A stretch of 64,000 bases of DNA from Isurus oxyrinchus (lineage: Eukaryota), in assembly GCA_026770705.1 (NCBI GenBank), contig JANJGN010000020.1, forward strand, positions 86,862,001-86,926,000. The letters are read 5' to 3'. The position numbers were made by a program, and so were the translations under genes. Under the pieces are notes generated by a model, which was not told where the DNA came from, did no database searches, and saw only the letters and a list, made by a program, of their open reading frames with translations. Positions 40,461 through 53,797 of this stretch are shown here, piece by piece (positions within the stretch are counted from its first letter, which is position 1; every line of letters starts with the position of its first letter).

Positions 40461-40849
40461 TCCTTCCCAGTGCTATAATTTTCTGGCCCCTCATGCTGCC
40501 ATTACTTTGTCGCTTTATGCTATAATGTTTACATGATTCCTTGTCACACAAGTTTTCAGATCTTTTTTTGTCATCGTCACTGACATCCCTGATCTACGGA
40601 ACTGGTGATTTTGCACCCATGACTCCCAAAGCTTTTCTTACTAGTTGAAAAATTGAGAGCCTGTTGTATCCTAATTAATCCTTGCATCAATCATTATCCA
40701 TGAATAACTCCATTCTTGTTGTACCATATGATTATAAGGAGTGTAGATGTGAACTAGATGGAACTAGGTGTTTTTTGGTCTCCTGATTCAATGTTAGTTT
40801 AAATGAATGACCAGGTTTTTCTTTTATTGGGGTTTTTGAGTCGGGGGAT

Positions 40850-41060
40850 TAGAGAATCAGAACATTAGGAAATTTCCCCACTTTTTGAATAGTACGATAT
40901 CTTTCTGGGCAAGCAGATTGAGCTAAGTTTAATATATCACCAAAGGATGGCATCTCCAACAATGCACTTATTTGGCAGCCTAGATTATTTCCATAGTGGG
41001 GCTTGGACCAATGTCCTCTGACTGAAATGAGAGTACTCCCAACTGAGTCAAGCTGACTGT
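40850..41060 (-). mobile_element. DeuSINE-like (tRNA head + Deu domain) decayed copy
   Basis: Reverse complement resembles 56545-56820 (ggagatgccatcctttggtga..ttaaac..aagata..actattcaaaaag). Confidence 0.5.
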
Positions 41061-41554
41061 AATCCAAGATGATTTGGAAGAGCACCTCTTTACCCTACAG
41101 GAGTGTATTTCCTACTCTGTGTTGCTGATGGCTTTTTATTTTATTTAAGCTCGAGCATTTGTTTACAATATGGACAACCTTCAATTTACAGTGGTAGTTG
41201 GGGAAAGTTATATATAGTGTTTTTAAAAAAACTTCAGAAATCTCTTGGAAGCTGTAACTGATTTACCAACATAACTTGTAAATGAAAGTAAAATATTGGT
41301 AATACGTTTCAAAGCATTATTGTTGTTGGAGTATATGGGCAGGAGTCCTCTCCCCTTTCAACGGATCCTTTTACCCACCTCCAATATTCACCCTCCACCT
41401 GGACCCCTCCCTCTGGATTCTTACCTTCTCTTGATCTTTTCATTGAGAGCTTTCGGCGTGACATTGGTCATCTCAATTTCTCTGCTCCTCTCACCCATTC
41501 TAACCTGTCTCTCTCTGAACTTGCTGCACTCTGCTCTCTCAGGTCCAACCTTTT

Positions 41555-41950
41555 AGCGTTTTTTTTAAATTCCTGCTCCCACCCCACCCCCACTAGGGCT
41601 ATCTGTACCTTTCCTGTCCTGCTGTCTTCCCTTAATTAGCACATTCCTTTAGATAATATCACCACCTTCAACACCTCTTTGTCCTTTTGTCTGTGACATC
41701 TTTTGGTTATTTCCACCTATCACTGGCCCTCTACCTAGCTCCTCTTGTCCCAACCAACCATCCTCCACCCCCCCTTAAACCAGGTTATATTTCATCCCTT
41801 TTCTATTTCTACTTAGTTCTGTTGAAGGGTCATGAGGACTTGAAACGTCAACTGTGCTCTTCTCCGCCGATGCTGCCAGATCTGCTGAGTTTTTCCAGGT
41901 ATTTCTGTTTTTGTTTTGGATTTCCAGCATCCACAGTTCTTTGCTTTTAT
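41555..41950 (+). mobile_element. Penelope-like 3'UTR/terminal fragment with hammerhead fold (~41815-41853)
   Basis: Homologous to 63590-63985; agttCTGTTGAAGGGTCATGAGGACTtGAAACGTCaact. Confidence 0.85.
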
Positions 41951-42463
41951 ACCCTTGCCTTGTTTGTGGAAGTTTTCTATTTACAATTGTAAAAGCCTTT
42001 GTAACCCAAGATTATTTGTTAAGTCAGTTGAAAGGTTAAAAAATTAAGATGACAGTTCTATCCATAAAACTCAGTTAATGTTACTCTGTGATCTAAATTT
42101 GATATATACTAATTAGTTCCAATTCAGTGTTCAGTAAAAGTGGGAAAACAGTCTGTCTTACTTGAATAATTCATCAGCCACTGTCCAGAGCTTTGTCTCA
42201 TTACTGTGAAAGCTGTTGCCTGTCCAATTTCCATTTTCAATCCTGTAAGTGCTATTGACCCAAAAAACGCAGCTGAAACTTAATTATCCTTGCTTCAAAG
42301 TGTTATACCTTCACAGATGCATGCACTTAAATATTTATCCTCCCTTGTTGTATAGTTACTGGCATCAGATTAAAAATTAACTGAATTTTCATTTTATTTC
42401 CCCATTGTGATTTTTTTTTTTCTCCCAGTTGTCTGTGAAGGAAGAATTTCGGATTTAAAAAAA

Positions 42464-42547
42464 ATGAGTGGTGGACTGGCGCCAAGCAAAAGCACAGTAT
42501 ATGTATCCAACTTGCCATTTTCACTGACGAACAGTGATCTGCACAAG
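42464..42547 (+). CDS. ZCRB1: ZCRB1 (U11/U12 snRNP 31 kDa) first coding exon [28 protein letters not shown]; exon likely starts 42429
   Basis: Near-identical to the ZCRB1 N-terminus (RRM RNP2 VYVSNL). Polypyrimidine tract + cag at 42426-42428; donor AAG|gtaaga at 42548. Confidence 0.96.
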
Positions 42548-42879
42548 GTAAGACTTATTTTAACAGTCGTATGCATTATAGGTGTGTTGAAACAAATGTT
42601 TAATTCAAAGTATGGTACTGTACTCAACTGTGCGCTTCACACTTAAGGATATTTACTTTTAAAATCACAAAGCTTATGCTTTCTTTAACTTGCACTGTTG
42701 GAACGTGAAGCTAGAGGTTCTCCTAAGCTTTTGCAGTTTAACCAGTAGCAAGGATGATTCCAGGAATGATCCTGGCATTTACTCCAGGAAATCTCAGCTG
42801 GGGTAGCAGTAAAGAAATAATCTGTATTTATTTGCAACTTTTCATGTCCTCAGGATGTACCTCACAGCCAGTTAATTAT

Positions 42880-43120
42880 TGTTATTATGCAACTAAGCAC
42901 AGCAAAGATCCAGAAAAGGAAATCAAATTCATGACTAAGTCTGTATTTAATTGTATTGGTTGGCCAGAGCACCAGGAGCATCTTGTTCCTTTTCAAATAG
43001 TGCCACAAGAGCTAATAGATTTGCCTGTGATGCACTTTCCAATGAGTGGTGACATTGAGATCCATGGGTAAAAGTACTGGGCAGTGAGAGGCCCCTCTGA
43101 TGCTGTACTGCATGAAGGAG
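42880..43120 (-). mobile_element. DeuSINE-like fragment
   Basis: ttggccagagcaccaggag..ttcaaatagtgcca is the reverse complement of a Deu-domain-like sequence. Confidence 0.45.
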
Positions 43121-43149
43121 TCAACCCTTCAGGAGAATAAATAAAGTAA

Positions 43150-43780
43150 CTTAAAAATAATTTCTGCAGATTAGTTTTGAATTTGCCTCCTTCGAGTGTA
43201 GACTGTGTCCTCTGCTTCTACTGTTCTGGATAAACAGAAGCAGCTTGGCCTCGTCTACATTATCTAGTTCCTTTAAAATCCTAAAAGCAAAAACCATATC
43301 ACCTGTTAACTTTCTCTTTTTCATTGAGAACATGACCAATTTATATAATTATTTCTCATAACCCAAACACACAATTTCCTCTATCATTCCAGTTGCTTTT
43401 TGCACCCTCAATAGCTGCCATATCCTTTGTTTACTGCAGTGATCAGAACTGTATGTGGCATTGTAAGTGTGGTCCCATAAATGATTTAATAAAGGTCATT
43501 AATTACTCCATTGTTTCGGTTTAGTATTACCCTTTTTATTATATCCCAGCATTTTATTTGCTTTATTCACTGCCACTGAGTAGTGTTACAATAACTTTAA
43601 TTTATTGTCAATCAAGATCTCCAGATGTGTTTCATTTTTCATACACATTATTTTCTTTCCCCTCAAGTAATAGTCCCTTCCTGGATTTTCTGCCTATTTG
43701 AAGCACTTGTACACGTAATTTCATTTGCCATCTGTCTTCCCAATACTCAAGTACATTCAGATCCTCCTGTAAGTTAAAAC
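43150..43780 (-). mobile_element. Old CR1 fragment
   Basis: FSMKKRKLTGDMVFAFRILK..SRGHSL. Confidence 0.65.
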
Positions 43781-43857
43781 TTTAAAACTATATAGAATAT
43801 CACCTTGATTAACTTTTCAATAGCTTCCCAATTAAAGGAGAACATAAGAAATAGGAA

Positions 43858-44110
43858 ACAAAATCAGAATTACCTGGAAAAACTCAGCAGGTCCGGCAGC
43901 ATCAGCGGAGAAGAAAAGAGTTGACGTTTCGAGTCCTCATGACCCTTCGACAGAACTTGAGTTCGACAGAACTCAAGTTCTGTCGAAGGGTCATGAGGAC
44001 TCGAAACGTCAACTCTTTTCTTCTCCGCTGATGCTGCCGGACCTGCTGAGTTTTTCCAGGTAATTCTGATTTTGTTTTGGATTTCCAGCATCTGCAGTTT
44101 TTTTGTTTTT
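43858..44110. mobile_element. Penelope-like perfect palindromic module, 14-bp TSD
   Basis: TSD ataagaaataggaa at 43844-43857 / 44111-44124; ~109-bp arms (43856-43964, 43969-44077) around loop gaca. Confidence 0.92.
43976..44014 (+). ncRNA. Minimal type-I hammerhead-like ribozyme motif (variant core)
   Basis: AGUU-CUGUCGA-A-GGGUC-AUGAG-GACUC-GAAAC-GUC^AACU: stem I AGUU/AACU, stem II GGGUC/GACUC, palindromic ACGU stem III. Confidence 0.7.
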
Positions 44111-46010
44111 ATAAGAAATAGGAACATGAGTAGACAATTCGGCCCCTTGAGCCTGCACTGCCATTCAATAAGATCATGGCTGATCATCTTGTATTTCAAT
44201 TTCTACATTCCCATCTCTCTCCTATAACCTATGATTCCCTTGCCTAGCAAGAATCTACCTACCTCTGCCTTAAAAATATTCAATGACATCACCTCCAACA
44301 TCTTCTGAGGCAGAGAGTTGCAAAGTCGCACAATCCTCAGAGAAAAAATTTCACCTCGTCTCTGTCTGACCCTAATTTTAAAACAGTGTCCCATAGTTCT
44401 GGACTTCCTCACAAGAGGAAACATCCTTTCAACGTCCACTTTGTCAAGGCTGTTCAGGATCTTGTATATTTCAATCAATTCACCTCTTGCTCTTCTAAAC
44501 TCCAGTGGAAACAAGCCCAGTCTGTCCAGCCTTTCCTCATAAGACAACTCACTCATTCCAGGTATCAATCTGGTAAACCTCCTTTGAACCGCCTCCAATG
44601 CATTTACATCCTTCCTTAAGTAAGGAGACTAAAACTGCACACAGTATTCAAGATGTGGTCTCACCAATGGCCTGTATATCTGAAGCATAACATCCTTACT
44701 TTTATGTTCAATTCCTCTCTTAATAAAGGATAGCATTCCATTAGCTGCCTTAATTTCTTGCTGTACCTATCTTTTTGTGACTCGTACTCGAACACCGTAG
44801 ATTACTGTGCACCTCAGAATTATGCAGCTGTTCTACATTTAAGTAATACTGATTTTTTTGTTCTTCCTGGTAAAGTGAACAACTCCACATTTTCCCACAT
44901 TAAACTCCATCTGCCAGGTTTTTGCCCACTCACTCAACCTATCTATATCCATCTGCAACCTCCTCATGTCTTCTTCACAACCTACTTACCTACCTATTTT
45001 TGTGTCATCTGCAAATTTAGCTGCCATGTCTTCACTCCCCTCATCTAAGTCATTGATGTAAATCATAAAAAGTTAAGGTCCCAGAACAGACCCACGTGGG
45101 ACTCCACTCATCACATCCTGCCAATCTGAAAAAGACCCATTTATGCATAATCTCTGCTTTCTGCCAGCCAACCAATCTTCTATCCATGTTAATATGCTAC
45201 TCCCTATACCATGTGCTTTTACTTTTCATCATAACCTTTGATGTAGCACCTTATTAAATGCTTCCTGGAAATCCAAGTACAGTACGTCTACAGGCTCCCC
45301 TTTATCCACCATGCATGTTACTCCTTCAAAAAACTCCAATAAATTAGTTAAACATGATTTTCCTTTCGCAAAACCATGCTGACTCTTCCCAGTTACCTTC
45401 AGTTTCTCTAAGTGCCCAGCTATAGCCTCCTTAATGATCGATTCTAACAACTTTCCCACGACAGACATCAAGCTAACTGGCCTTTAGTTTCCTGTTTTCT
45501 GCTTCCCTCCCTTCTTGAATAGAGGGGTTATATTTGCTACTTTCCAGTCTGATGGAACCTTTTCAGAATCTAGTGAATTTTGGAAAATTAACACTAGCGC
45601 ATCGACGATCTCATTAGCCACCTCTTTTGAGACCTTAGGATGTAGTCCATTGGACCCGGAGACTTGCCAGCCCGCAGCTCCATCAATTTGCTCAGTACTG
45701 TTTCCCTAGCGATTTGAATTTCATCAAGTTCCCCTCTCCCCGTCACCTCCTGATTTGCAACTATTACTGGAATATTTTTTGTATCCCCAATAGCGAATAC
45801 ATAGGCAAAATATTTGTTCATTTCTTCTGCCATTTCCTTATTATCTTTTATTAACTTCCCACTGTCACTCTCAAGAGGACCAACACTCACTTTACCTACT
45901 CTTTTCCTCTTTAAATACCTGTAAAACTCTTGTTATCCATTTTTTACATTTCTAGCTAACTTCCTCTCCTACTCAAATTTCTTTCTCCTGATTAACCTTT
46001 TAGTCATTCT
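44111..46010 (-). mobile_element. Decayed CR1 LINE ORF2 + 3' end
   Basis: KSCLTNLLEFFE..YLDFQEAF; VQRRFTRLIPGM. Confidence 0.92.
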
Positions 46011-46569
46011 AGTCAAGGAAGAGTACATCAGGGATGTCTAATGTCCCCAAAGTAGTTCAAATTGCACGTATCTTCAGAGATATAGAAGATCCAGCAGGTT
46101 GAAATCTTGATGAGTTGAACATCAATAATTCGAGATATGCAGTTGACACTGCGTTGACTGCAGGACTAGAAGAGGCACTACAGGAAATTGTAATTGTAAA
46201 CAAAGTGAGAAAGCAAGGAGTGTGGAACACAGGGTGACCAAAATTTCAAAATTCAAAACCAGGGCACATTGAAAAGCCTTGGGAAGATGCGGCTCTTTGA
46301 TGATTGACATCTTGGGTGACCAATGGTAGGAGTCTGGGGGAGGCTATGTGATGACATCTCCCAGAATATGTCCAGCCAGAGTTGGGAACCTGATTCCATT
46401 GACCTTGAGTCACCAGGAAGAGCCCAATTAATTTAACCTTAACCTAATATTTCTTCTCCGGAACACATGTCAAACCTTCATGAAACCATACTGCTTCAAT
46501 TTGCTGTAATTTTACACATTGCATGCCTCTAGTTCTATACAAACAACAATATACAATGAAACTATTAAT

Positions 46570-47414
46570 TGTCATGAAAGTATAATAATTCTCAATATTA
46601 TTGTAAAAGTAGGATAATACTGGGGTTTGGATAGTGTTTGTGTGTTTTACTTGAATTGGAGACAGCTGGTCTGGAGGCTTTTATTCATCAAAAGAAGCTG
46701 GGTTTGAAATGTTAAATATGTAAACATGGCTGAAGTTTTAGAATGTGAGGTGAGGAGAATTTTTAGATAAATCAGAATAGTTTGGATTTCAAAGAGATGG
46801 TAGGATGTTACACCTAGCCAGAGAGGCTAGGCCAAGCAGTGTGTTTATTTTTCCCAAAGGTTACTGATAATATTAGTATCATGAAAAAATTTATATTGAA
46901 AAACTTAAAGTTCCAAAGACATATGGGAACAATAGGATATACATTAAAAGGTAGAAACATGGATAAAGGAGAAGAGGCTATGTGTCAGAGAAGGCATTGC
47001 AAAATCTACCAGAAGTGTGAAAAGTGTGCATTATGCTGCTATGTACAGAAACCGAAGCTGGGAAAAGCCACTTTGAACTCTACTCTTCAGGGATTGTGTT
47101 GACTTGCCTAGATCTGTTTAAATCTATTTTTTTTTACTGTTGCCTTAATGGTGGTGTAGCTGGAAGTCAAATTAATTAGGAGTTTTAGGAGTTATTATAG
47201 TAGTAATTTGTAGACTTATGTATGTGCTTGAAATCTTTTCTTTTGTTAATAAATGTTTAATTTAATTTTCTAAAAAATCTTAAGCCTTGGTGGACTTATT
47301 ACTTCTGAACTCAGAGCATGCACCTCGAAATAAATACGAATTGTAAAACCGCGTGATCAAGTTTCCCTCGTGGATTTGATCCACCTGGCACACATCATCT
47401 GCCATGTCATAACA
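46570..47414 (+). mobile_element. Solo LTR of an LTR retrotransposon
   Basis: TGTCATGA...TCATAACA termini; 5-bp flanks ttaat/ctaat (4/5); aataaa in the 3' half. Confidence 0.7.
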
Positions 47415-48184
47415 CTAATTATGAACAAGTAACTAAACAGTTTTGCCAGCAATCCAGTAAGTTGCAGTTGAACACATGAGCAAGTTGTGTTAGCATGCAG
47501 CAGGAGGATTGCATTTGAGTATTTATCAATTATCATTGAATGTCATTTCCACAAATGTAAGCATTTGTACCTGGTGCATCTTGAATATCAGATACTTGGG
47601 TTACAATTTGTACCCCTGCTCCAGCTTTACTGGTGATTTACCTAATTAATCAAATAATTGTAAAGTTTAATAGAAGATTAATTGTGCAATTGAGTCAACT
47701 GCCAAAAACATATCGCTCTAGATGCCAGCCAGTCCGGTGGGATGGGCTCATCCTAACTTGTAAAGTGATTGATAGCTCCTCGCAGCCACACAGATGGTGC
47801 ATCGGCAAGGGTGACTTTTGGAGTGGGAGCTAATGGGAATGTCCAGGAAGAGAGCTGCAGGGCAGAATGGTTATGGAGCATCAGCAGCAGGTTGGGTTGA
47901 GTAATGCCTGGCGAGCTGAACAAGGACATTTAAAATGCATCACAAGCAATGGAGCCGTGAACACCAAAGAAAGTTAGAGATAACCCCCTTGGACTGAGTT
48001 CCTGCTCTTCCTAGCTGCAGAACAACTGTGGTGGCCATTGGTGAACTGCTGATAGTAAATTGAAAACAAATGGCGGGTTAAAGGGGAGGGGCCTCAGTGG
48101 AGCTGACAACCCGAATATTTGATCGATTTGGAGAAAACCATCGGGACACCTAGTGAAAAACTGGGATATCTGGTCACCTGAATG

Positions 48185-48850
48185 GAGCATGAATTTAGGG
48201 ATGGATGTGGAGAAGACCAAGACAATAATGATAAGTAGAGAGCTAACTCCAGAAGTGAAGATTGAAGTAAATGGACAAGTCCTGGAACAAGAAAAAGTTT
48301 TCGTACCTTGGGCAGATTATCACAGACGATTAGAGATGTGATTCTGAGATCCGAAGGAGGATTGAGATAGCCAAAACCAGCTTTGTCAGAATGTAGGATG
48401 TGTTAACATCAAAGAAACTGTACTTGAATCTTAGGAAAAGAATGGTGCTACATTTTGTCATGTGTTATATGCCTCAGAGACATGGACAACAAACAAAGAG
48501 ACTATTGATAAGCTGAATGCATTCAAGATGTGAATATACTGGACGATGTTCCACATGTTCTGCACAGACAGACAGACTAATGAGGAAGTGCTGGAAATGG
48601 CTGGAATAAAGAGGAAATTGATTTATGCAGTCAAGAGCGAAATATGTAATGTTTTGGTCACAGTAGACTGAGAAAATTATTGAAAGGAAAGATGGGTGGA
48701 AACCATAATAGAGGGAAGGAGAAGAGAAAATGGATGACTGATGTATAGGGCTGGATGCATTTGACCTATGTGGAATATGTAAGGGCAGGACAAATGAAGA
48801 TACATTGTAGTCAACCTTCTGGGAAGAAGCTGACACCCATGAACAAATGA
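48185..48850 (+). mobile_element. RTE-clade LINE 3' fragment
   Basis: GMDVEKTKTIMISRE..IEVNGQVLEQ; CDSEIRRRIEIAKTSF; YASETWT. Confidence 0.75.
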
Positions 48851-49279
48851 AAGCATTGCATCATCTGCAAAATTACTAATTTACTTGTGATGCTTCGCTC
48901 CACCCTATTTAGGAAAATATAAGCAAGACCCCTGAGGATCAAATTAGCAAGAAAAAGAATGTGAAAAGGCACCGCATAGTTTTTTTTTGTTACATTACTT
49001 GTCCTCTTTTCCCTTATCCCCCTTTCACACTATCCAGATCTCTCTCATCCAGAAAGATGAAGGTGGCCTATTCTCAGACTCAGCAGGTGATTTGGAAATG
49101 TCAGAGAGTAGCTGGGAATAAAAGACATCTCATATTCTTCCTTCACTCTAGAGGTTGGTTGGTTGGGAGCTCTTTGGAGCTTTAACTTGTGTCCTTCAAC
49201 ATGGTCACACTGCCTTAAAACAAATGATACCAAAGTTGTTTTAAGGAAATAACTTCACGAGTGGACATTTCTGCACCAT

Positions 49280-50235
49280 GAATCACAGAATCTTAACGGC
49301 ACAGAAGGAGGCCATTCGGCCCTGTCTGCACTGGCTCTCCAAATGAGCATTATGACCTAGTGCCATTGCCTTGCCTTTTCCCCATACCCTTGCACATTGT
49401 TTCTATTCAAATAATCATCTAATGTCCTCTTGAATGCCTGAATTGAACCTGCCTCCACCACACATGCGGGAAGTGCATTCCAGACCCGAACCACTCGTTG
49501 TGTGAAAAAGTTTTTTTTCTCACGTTACACTTGCTCCTTTTGCAAATCACTTAAAATCTTTGCCCTCTCGTTCTTGATCCTTCATCCTGATCCTTATACA
49601 AGTAGGAACGTCTTCTCCCTATCTACTCTGTCCAGCCCCCTCATGATTTTGAACATCTGTCAAATCTCCTCTCAGCCGCCTTCTCTCCAAGGAGAACTGT
49701 CCCAACCTCTCCAATCTATCCTTATAGCTGAAGTTTCTCATCCCTGGAACTATTCTTGTAAACATTTTCGGCACTCTCTCCTTCCTCTAGTGTGGTGCCC
49801 AGAACTGTACACAATACCCCAGCTGAGGTCTAATGAGTGCCTTATATAAATTCAGCATAAGCTCCTTGCTCTTGTATTCTCTGCCCCTATTAATAAAGCC
49901 CTGGATACTATATGCTTTATGAACTGCTCCCTCCACTCTGCCACCTTCAATGATCTATGCACATATACACTCAGATCTTCCTGCTCCTGCACCCCCTTCA
50001 AAATTTTACCCCTTTTTTATATTGTCTGTCCATGTTCCTCCTGCCAAAATACATCACTAACTCACACTTCTCCACATTGAACTTCATCTTCCACCTGTAT
50101 GCCCACTCCACCAACTTGTCTATGTCCTCATGAAGTTCCACACCATCCTCCTTGCAGTTCACAACACTCCCAAGCTTCATATAATTCGCAAACTTTGAAA
50201 TTCTCCCCTGCACACCAAGATCTAGATCATTAATA
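49280..50235 (-). mobile_element. Decayed CR1 3' part
   Basis: ISKFANYMKLGSVV..WKMKFNVEKC; tail atcacagaatc. Confidence 0.88.
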
Positions 50236-50639
50236 TGACTCTAATGAATGAAATGATTTTCCCAAGAAAGACCTGTTTGCACTGGCAATATACATTTATC
50301 ATAAGATTGGCAAATACATTTGGTAACAAAAGGATCATTTAGCATTTGACAAATGCATAAATGATGTAGGAATACAGTAAATTTTGATTTAAATTTATGT
50401 TCATATTATAATTGTATCTTTAAAAACAATTTTCAAAGGCGCAGTGATTATAGTATTTTGTAAATTTTGATTTTTGTGACGATACTAAAAATATGAATCC
50501 CTTGGTGGAACACTTTGGTGTTCATGCACTGTACTATTGTTCTTTGCCACAAAGTTATGAAGTATGGATCTATACTCTCAATTCCCTGCATGAAAGTTTC
50601 TAATTGTGTTTGGGACAAAATTTAGTTTTGTTTTTCTTT

Positions 50640-51390
50640 GTTCATGAGATACGAATAATGCTAGAAAAGCTGCATTTATTAACCATTCTTAGTTGCCCTG
50701 AGAAGATGATAGTGAGCCACATCTTTGAATCACTGTCGTCCTCATGGTAGCATTACTCCCACCATGTTATTTGGGGAATTTCAGTATTATGAAGCAGTAA
50801 CGATGAAAAGATTCTAATATTTGTCCTAGTCAGGGTGGTGCTCAACTTAAAAGGGGCACTTGGTTTTTGGTGATGGTTCCTCTATTGACTTTCTTGATAG
50901 TAGAGGTCACAGGGAAAGGAAGTGCCGTTGAAGTAAGCTTTGTGAGTTCCTGCTTTGCATCCTACAAATAGTACTTAACTGGATGCAGAGAGCACTTTGG
51001 TGAAGAGGGGTTAGTGCTGAGTGGCAGGAATATTGATAAAGCAAACAATTTGTTTTGGATGATGACTAGTTAGTTTCTTTTTGCAGCTGTATCCTTCCTT
51101 TCTCCACATCACATAGCCTCGCAGTTGGAGAGACTTTCAACAATGGGGTGCATTTATAAGGTGCTTTTAATGTGTAAAACTTACCACTTAGTCAAATGTC
51201 AAAGCAAGTCTAGATGCTGTCCAGAATCTGGTATTGGGATGCCACGAGCTGTTTAATTTTTAGAGCAGTTGTGAAAGCAGCCGAAAGCTGGATTAGATGG
51301 CAAATGGCTCCACTCTTGATCTTTTAACAGAGAGGAGATCATTACTGAGGATGTTTCAGTTGAGAATATCTCTGCTAGAGATATTGCCCT
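50640..51390 (-). mobile_element. Old family B LINE 3' fragment (probably continues at 53800-54070)
   Basis: gcatttattaaccattcttagttgccctgagaag tail homology. Confidence 0.55.
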
Positions 51391-51399
51391 GATGTACTA

Positions 51400-53797
51400 T
51401 ATATGAATATATGAACTAGGAACAGGAGTGGGCCACACAGCCCCTCAAACCTGCTCCACCATTTAATAAGCTCATGGCTGATCTGATTGTAACTTCAATT
51501 CTACATCCCCACCTGCCCCTGATAACTTTTCACCCCCTTGCTTATCAAGAATCTATCTAGCTCTGCGTTGAAAATATTCAAAGCCTCTGCTTCCACACCT
51601 TTTGAGGAAGAAAGTTCCAAAGACTCATGACCCTCAGAGAAAAAATTTCTCCTCATCTCTGTCATAAATCAGTGACCCCCAATTTTTAAACAGTGACCCC
51701 TAGTTCTAGATTCCCACAACAGGAAACATCCTTTCAACATCAACCCTGTCAAGACACCTCAGGATCTTAGATGTTTCAATCAAGTCACCTCTCACTCTTC
51801 TAAATTCCAGCAGAAACAAGCCTAGCCTGTCCAATCTTTCCTCATATGGCGACCAGCCCATTGCAGGTATTTGTCTAGTAGACATTTTCTGAACTGCTTC
51901 CAGAGCATTTACATCCTTCCTTTAAATAAGGAGACCAAAACTGTACACAGTACTCCCAGATGTGATCTCACCAATGCTCTGTATCACTGAAGCATAACTT
52001 CTCTACCTTTGTATTCAATTCCTGTCACAATAAACAATAACATTCTATTAGCTTTCCTAATTACTAGCTGTACCTGCTTACTAACCTTTTGCGATTCATG
52101 CACTAAGACAGCCAGATCCTTCTGCATCTCAGAGCTGTGCAATCTCTCCATTTAGATAATATGCTTCTTCTTTATTCTTCCTGCCAAAATGGACAACTTC
52201 ACATTTTCCCACATTATACTCCATTTGCCAGATCTTTGCCCACTCACTTAACCTATCGATATTCTTTTGTATCCTCCTTGTGTCTCTTCGGATCTTACTT
52301 TCCGACCTATCTTGTGTCGTCAGCAAATTTAGCAACCATACCTTCTGTCCTTTCATCCAAGTCATTTATGTAAACTCTAAGAAGTTGAGGCCCCAGAACT
52401 GATCCCTATGGCACACTGCTTGTCACATCTTGCCAACCATAAAATGACTCATTTATGCCTACCGTTTCCTGTTGGCTAGCCAATCCTCTATCCATGCCAA
52501 TATGTTATCCCCTCCACTATGAGTTTTTATTTTCTGCTATAACCTTTGATGTGGCACTTTATCAAATGCCTTCTGGAAATCTAATTACAGTACAGCCACC
52601 TGCATCCCTTCATCCACAGCACATGTTACTTCTTCAAAGAACTCCAATAAATTGGTTAAACATGATTTCTTTCTCACAAAACCATGTTGACTTTGCCTGA
52701 TCATCTTGAATTTTTCAAAGTGCCTGGCTGCAACATCTTTAATAATAGTTTCTGACATTTTACCCATGACATATGTTAAGCTGACTGGCCTGTAGTTTTC
52801 TGCTTCCTTTGTCGCTCCCATTTTGAACAAAGAAGTTGCAGTCACTATTCTCCAATCTAATGGAGCCTTCCCTGAATCTAGGGAATTTTGGAAATTAAAA
52901 CCAACGCATTGACTATCTTATGAGGCATTTCATTTCAGACCCTAGGATGAAGTCCATCAAGACCCGTGGATTTGTCAAATCTGCAGCTTTAACAATTTGA
53001 TCAGTATTATTCCTCCCTTCCTTCCATTTCCTGATTTGCAGCTATTTCCGGGATGTTACTTGTATCCTCTATAATGAAACCGATGCAAAATACATGTTTA
53101 ATTCATTTGGCACCTCCTTATTTCCCATTAATTCCCCAGACTCTCTTTCTATAGGCCAACGCTCACTTCGTTAACTCTTTATTAACTATCTATAGAAACT
53201 CTAGCTGTCTGTTCTTATACTTCTAGCTAGCTTTCTCTCAAACTCTTAATTTTTTCCTCCATATTAATCTTTCAGTCATTTTTTGCTGTTTTTATATCCT
53301 GTCCAATCTTTTGACCTGCCATCTATCCTTGTGCAATTATACGCTTTTTCTTTAACTTTGATACTATCTTAAACTTTTTTGGTTAACCACGGATGGTGGG
53401 TCCACCCCTTGGAATTTTTCCTTTCTCGTTTGAGTGTATCTATTCTGTATATTCTGAAATATCTCTTTAAATGTCTGCCACTGCATGTCTATTGACTTAT
53501 CTCTTAACCTAATTTGCCAGCTCACTTTAGCTAGTTCTGCTTTCATATCTTCATAATTGCCCTTATTGAAGTTTAAAATACTAGTCTTTGACCCACTCTT
53601 TCTCTCCCTCCAAACTGAATGTAAAATTCAATCATATTATGATACTGAGGGGTGCCTTCACTATGAAGCCATTAATTAATCCTATCCTGTTGCACAATAC
53701 CAGGTCCAGTATAGTCTACTCTCTGGTTAGCTCCCAATCGTGCTGTTCTAAGAAACTATCCCAAAAACACTCTATGAACTCCTCATCTAGGCTACCT
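51400..53797 (-). mobile_element. Decayed CR1 LINE ORF2 + 3' end
   Basis: NYRPVSLT..QSQHGF..KSCLTNLLEFFE; WQMEYNVGKCEVVHFG. Confidence 0.92.

Noticed and set aside
42407-42646. 79-aa ORF as a complete protein
   Set aside because: Only 42464-42547 is ZCRB1 coding sequence; the rest is 5'UTR or intron, bounded by clear splice sites.
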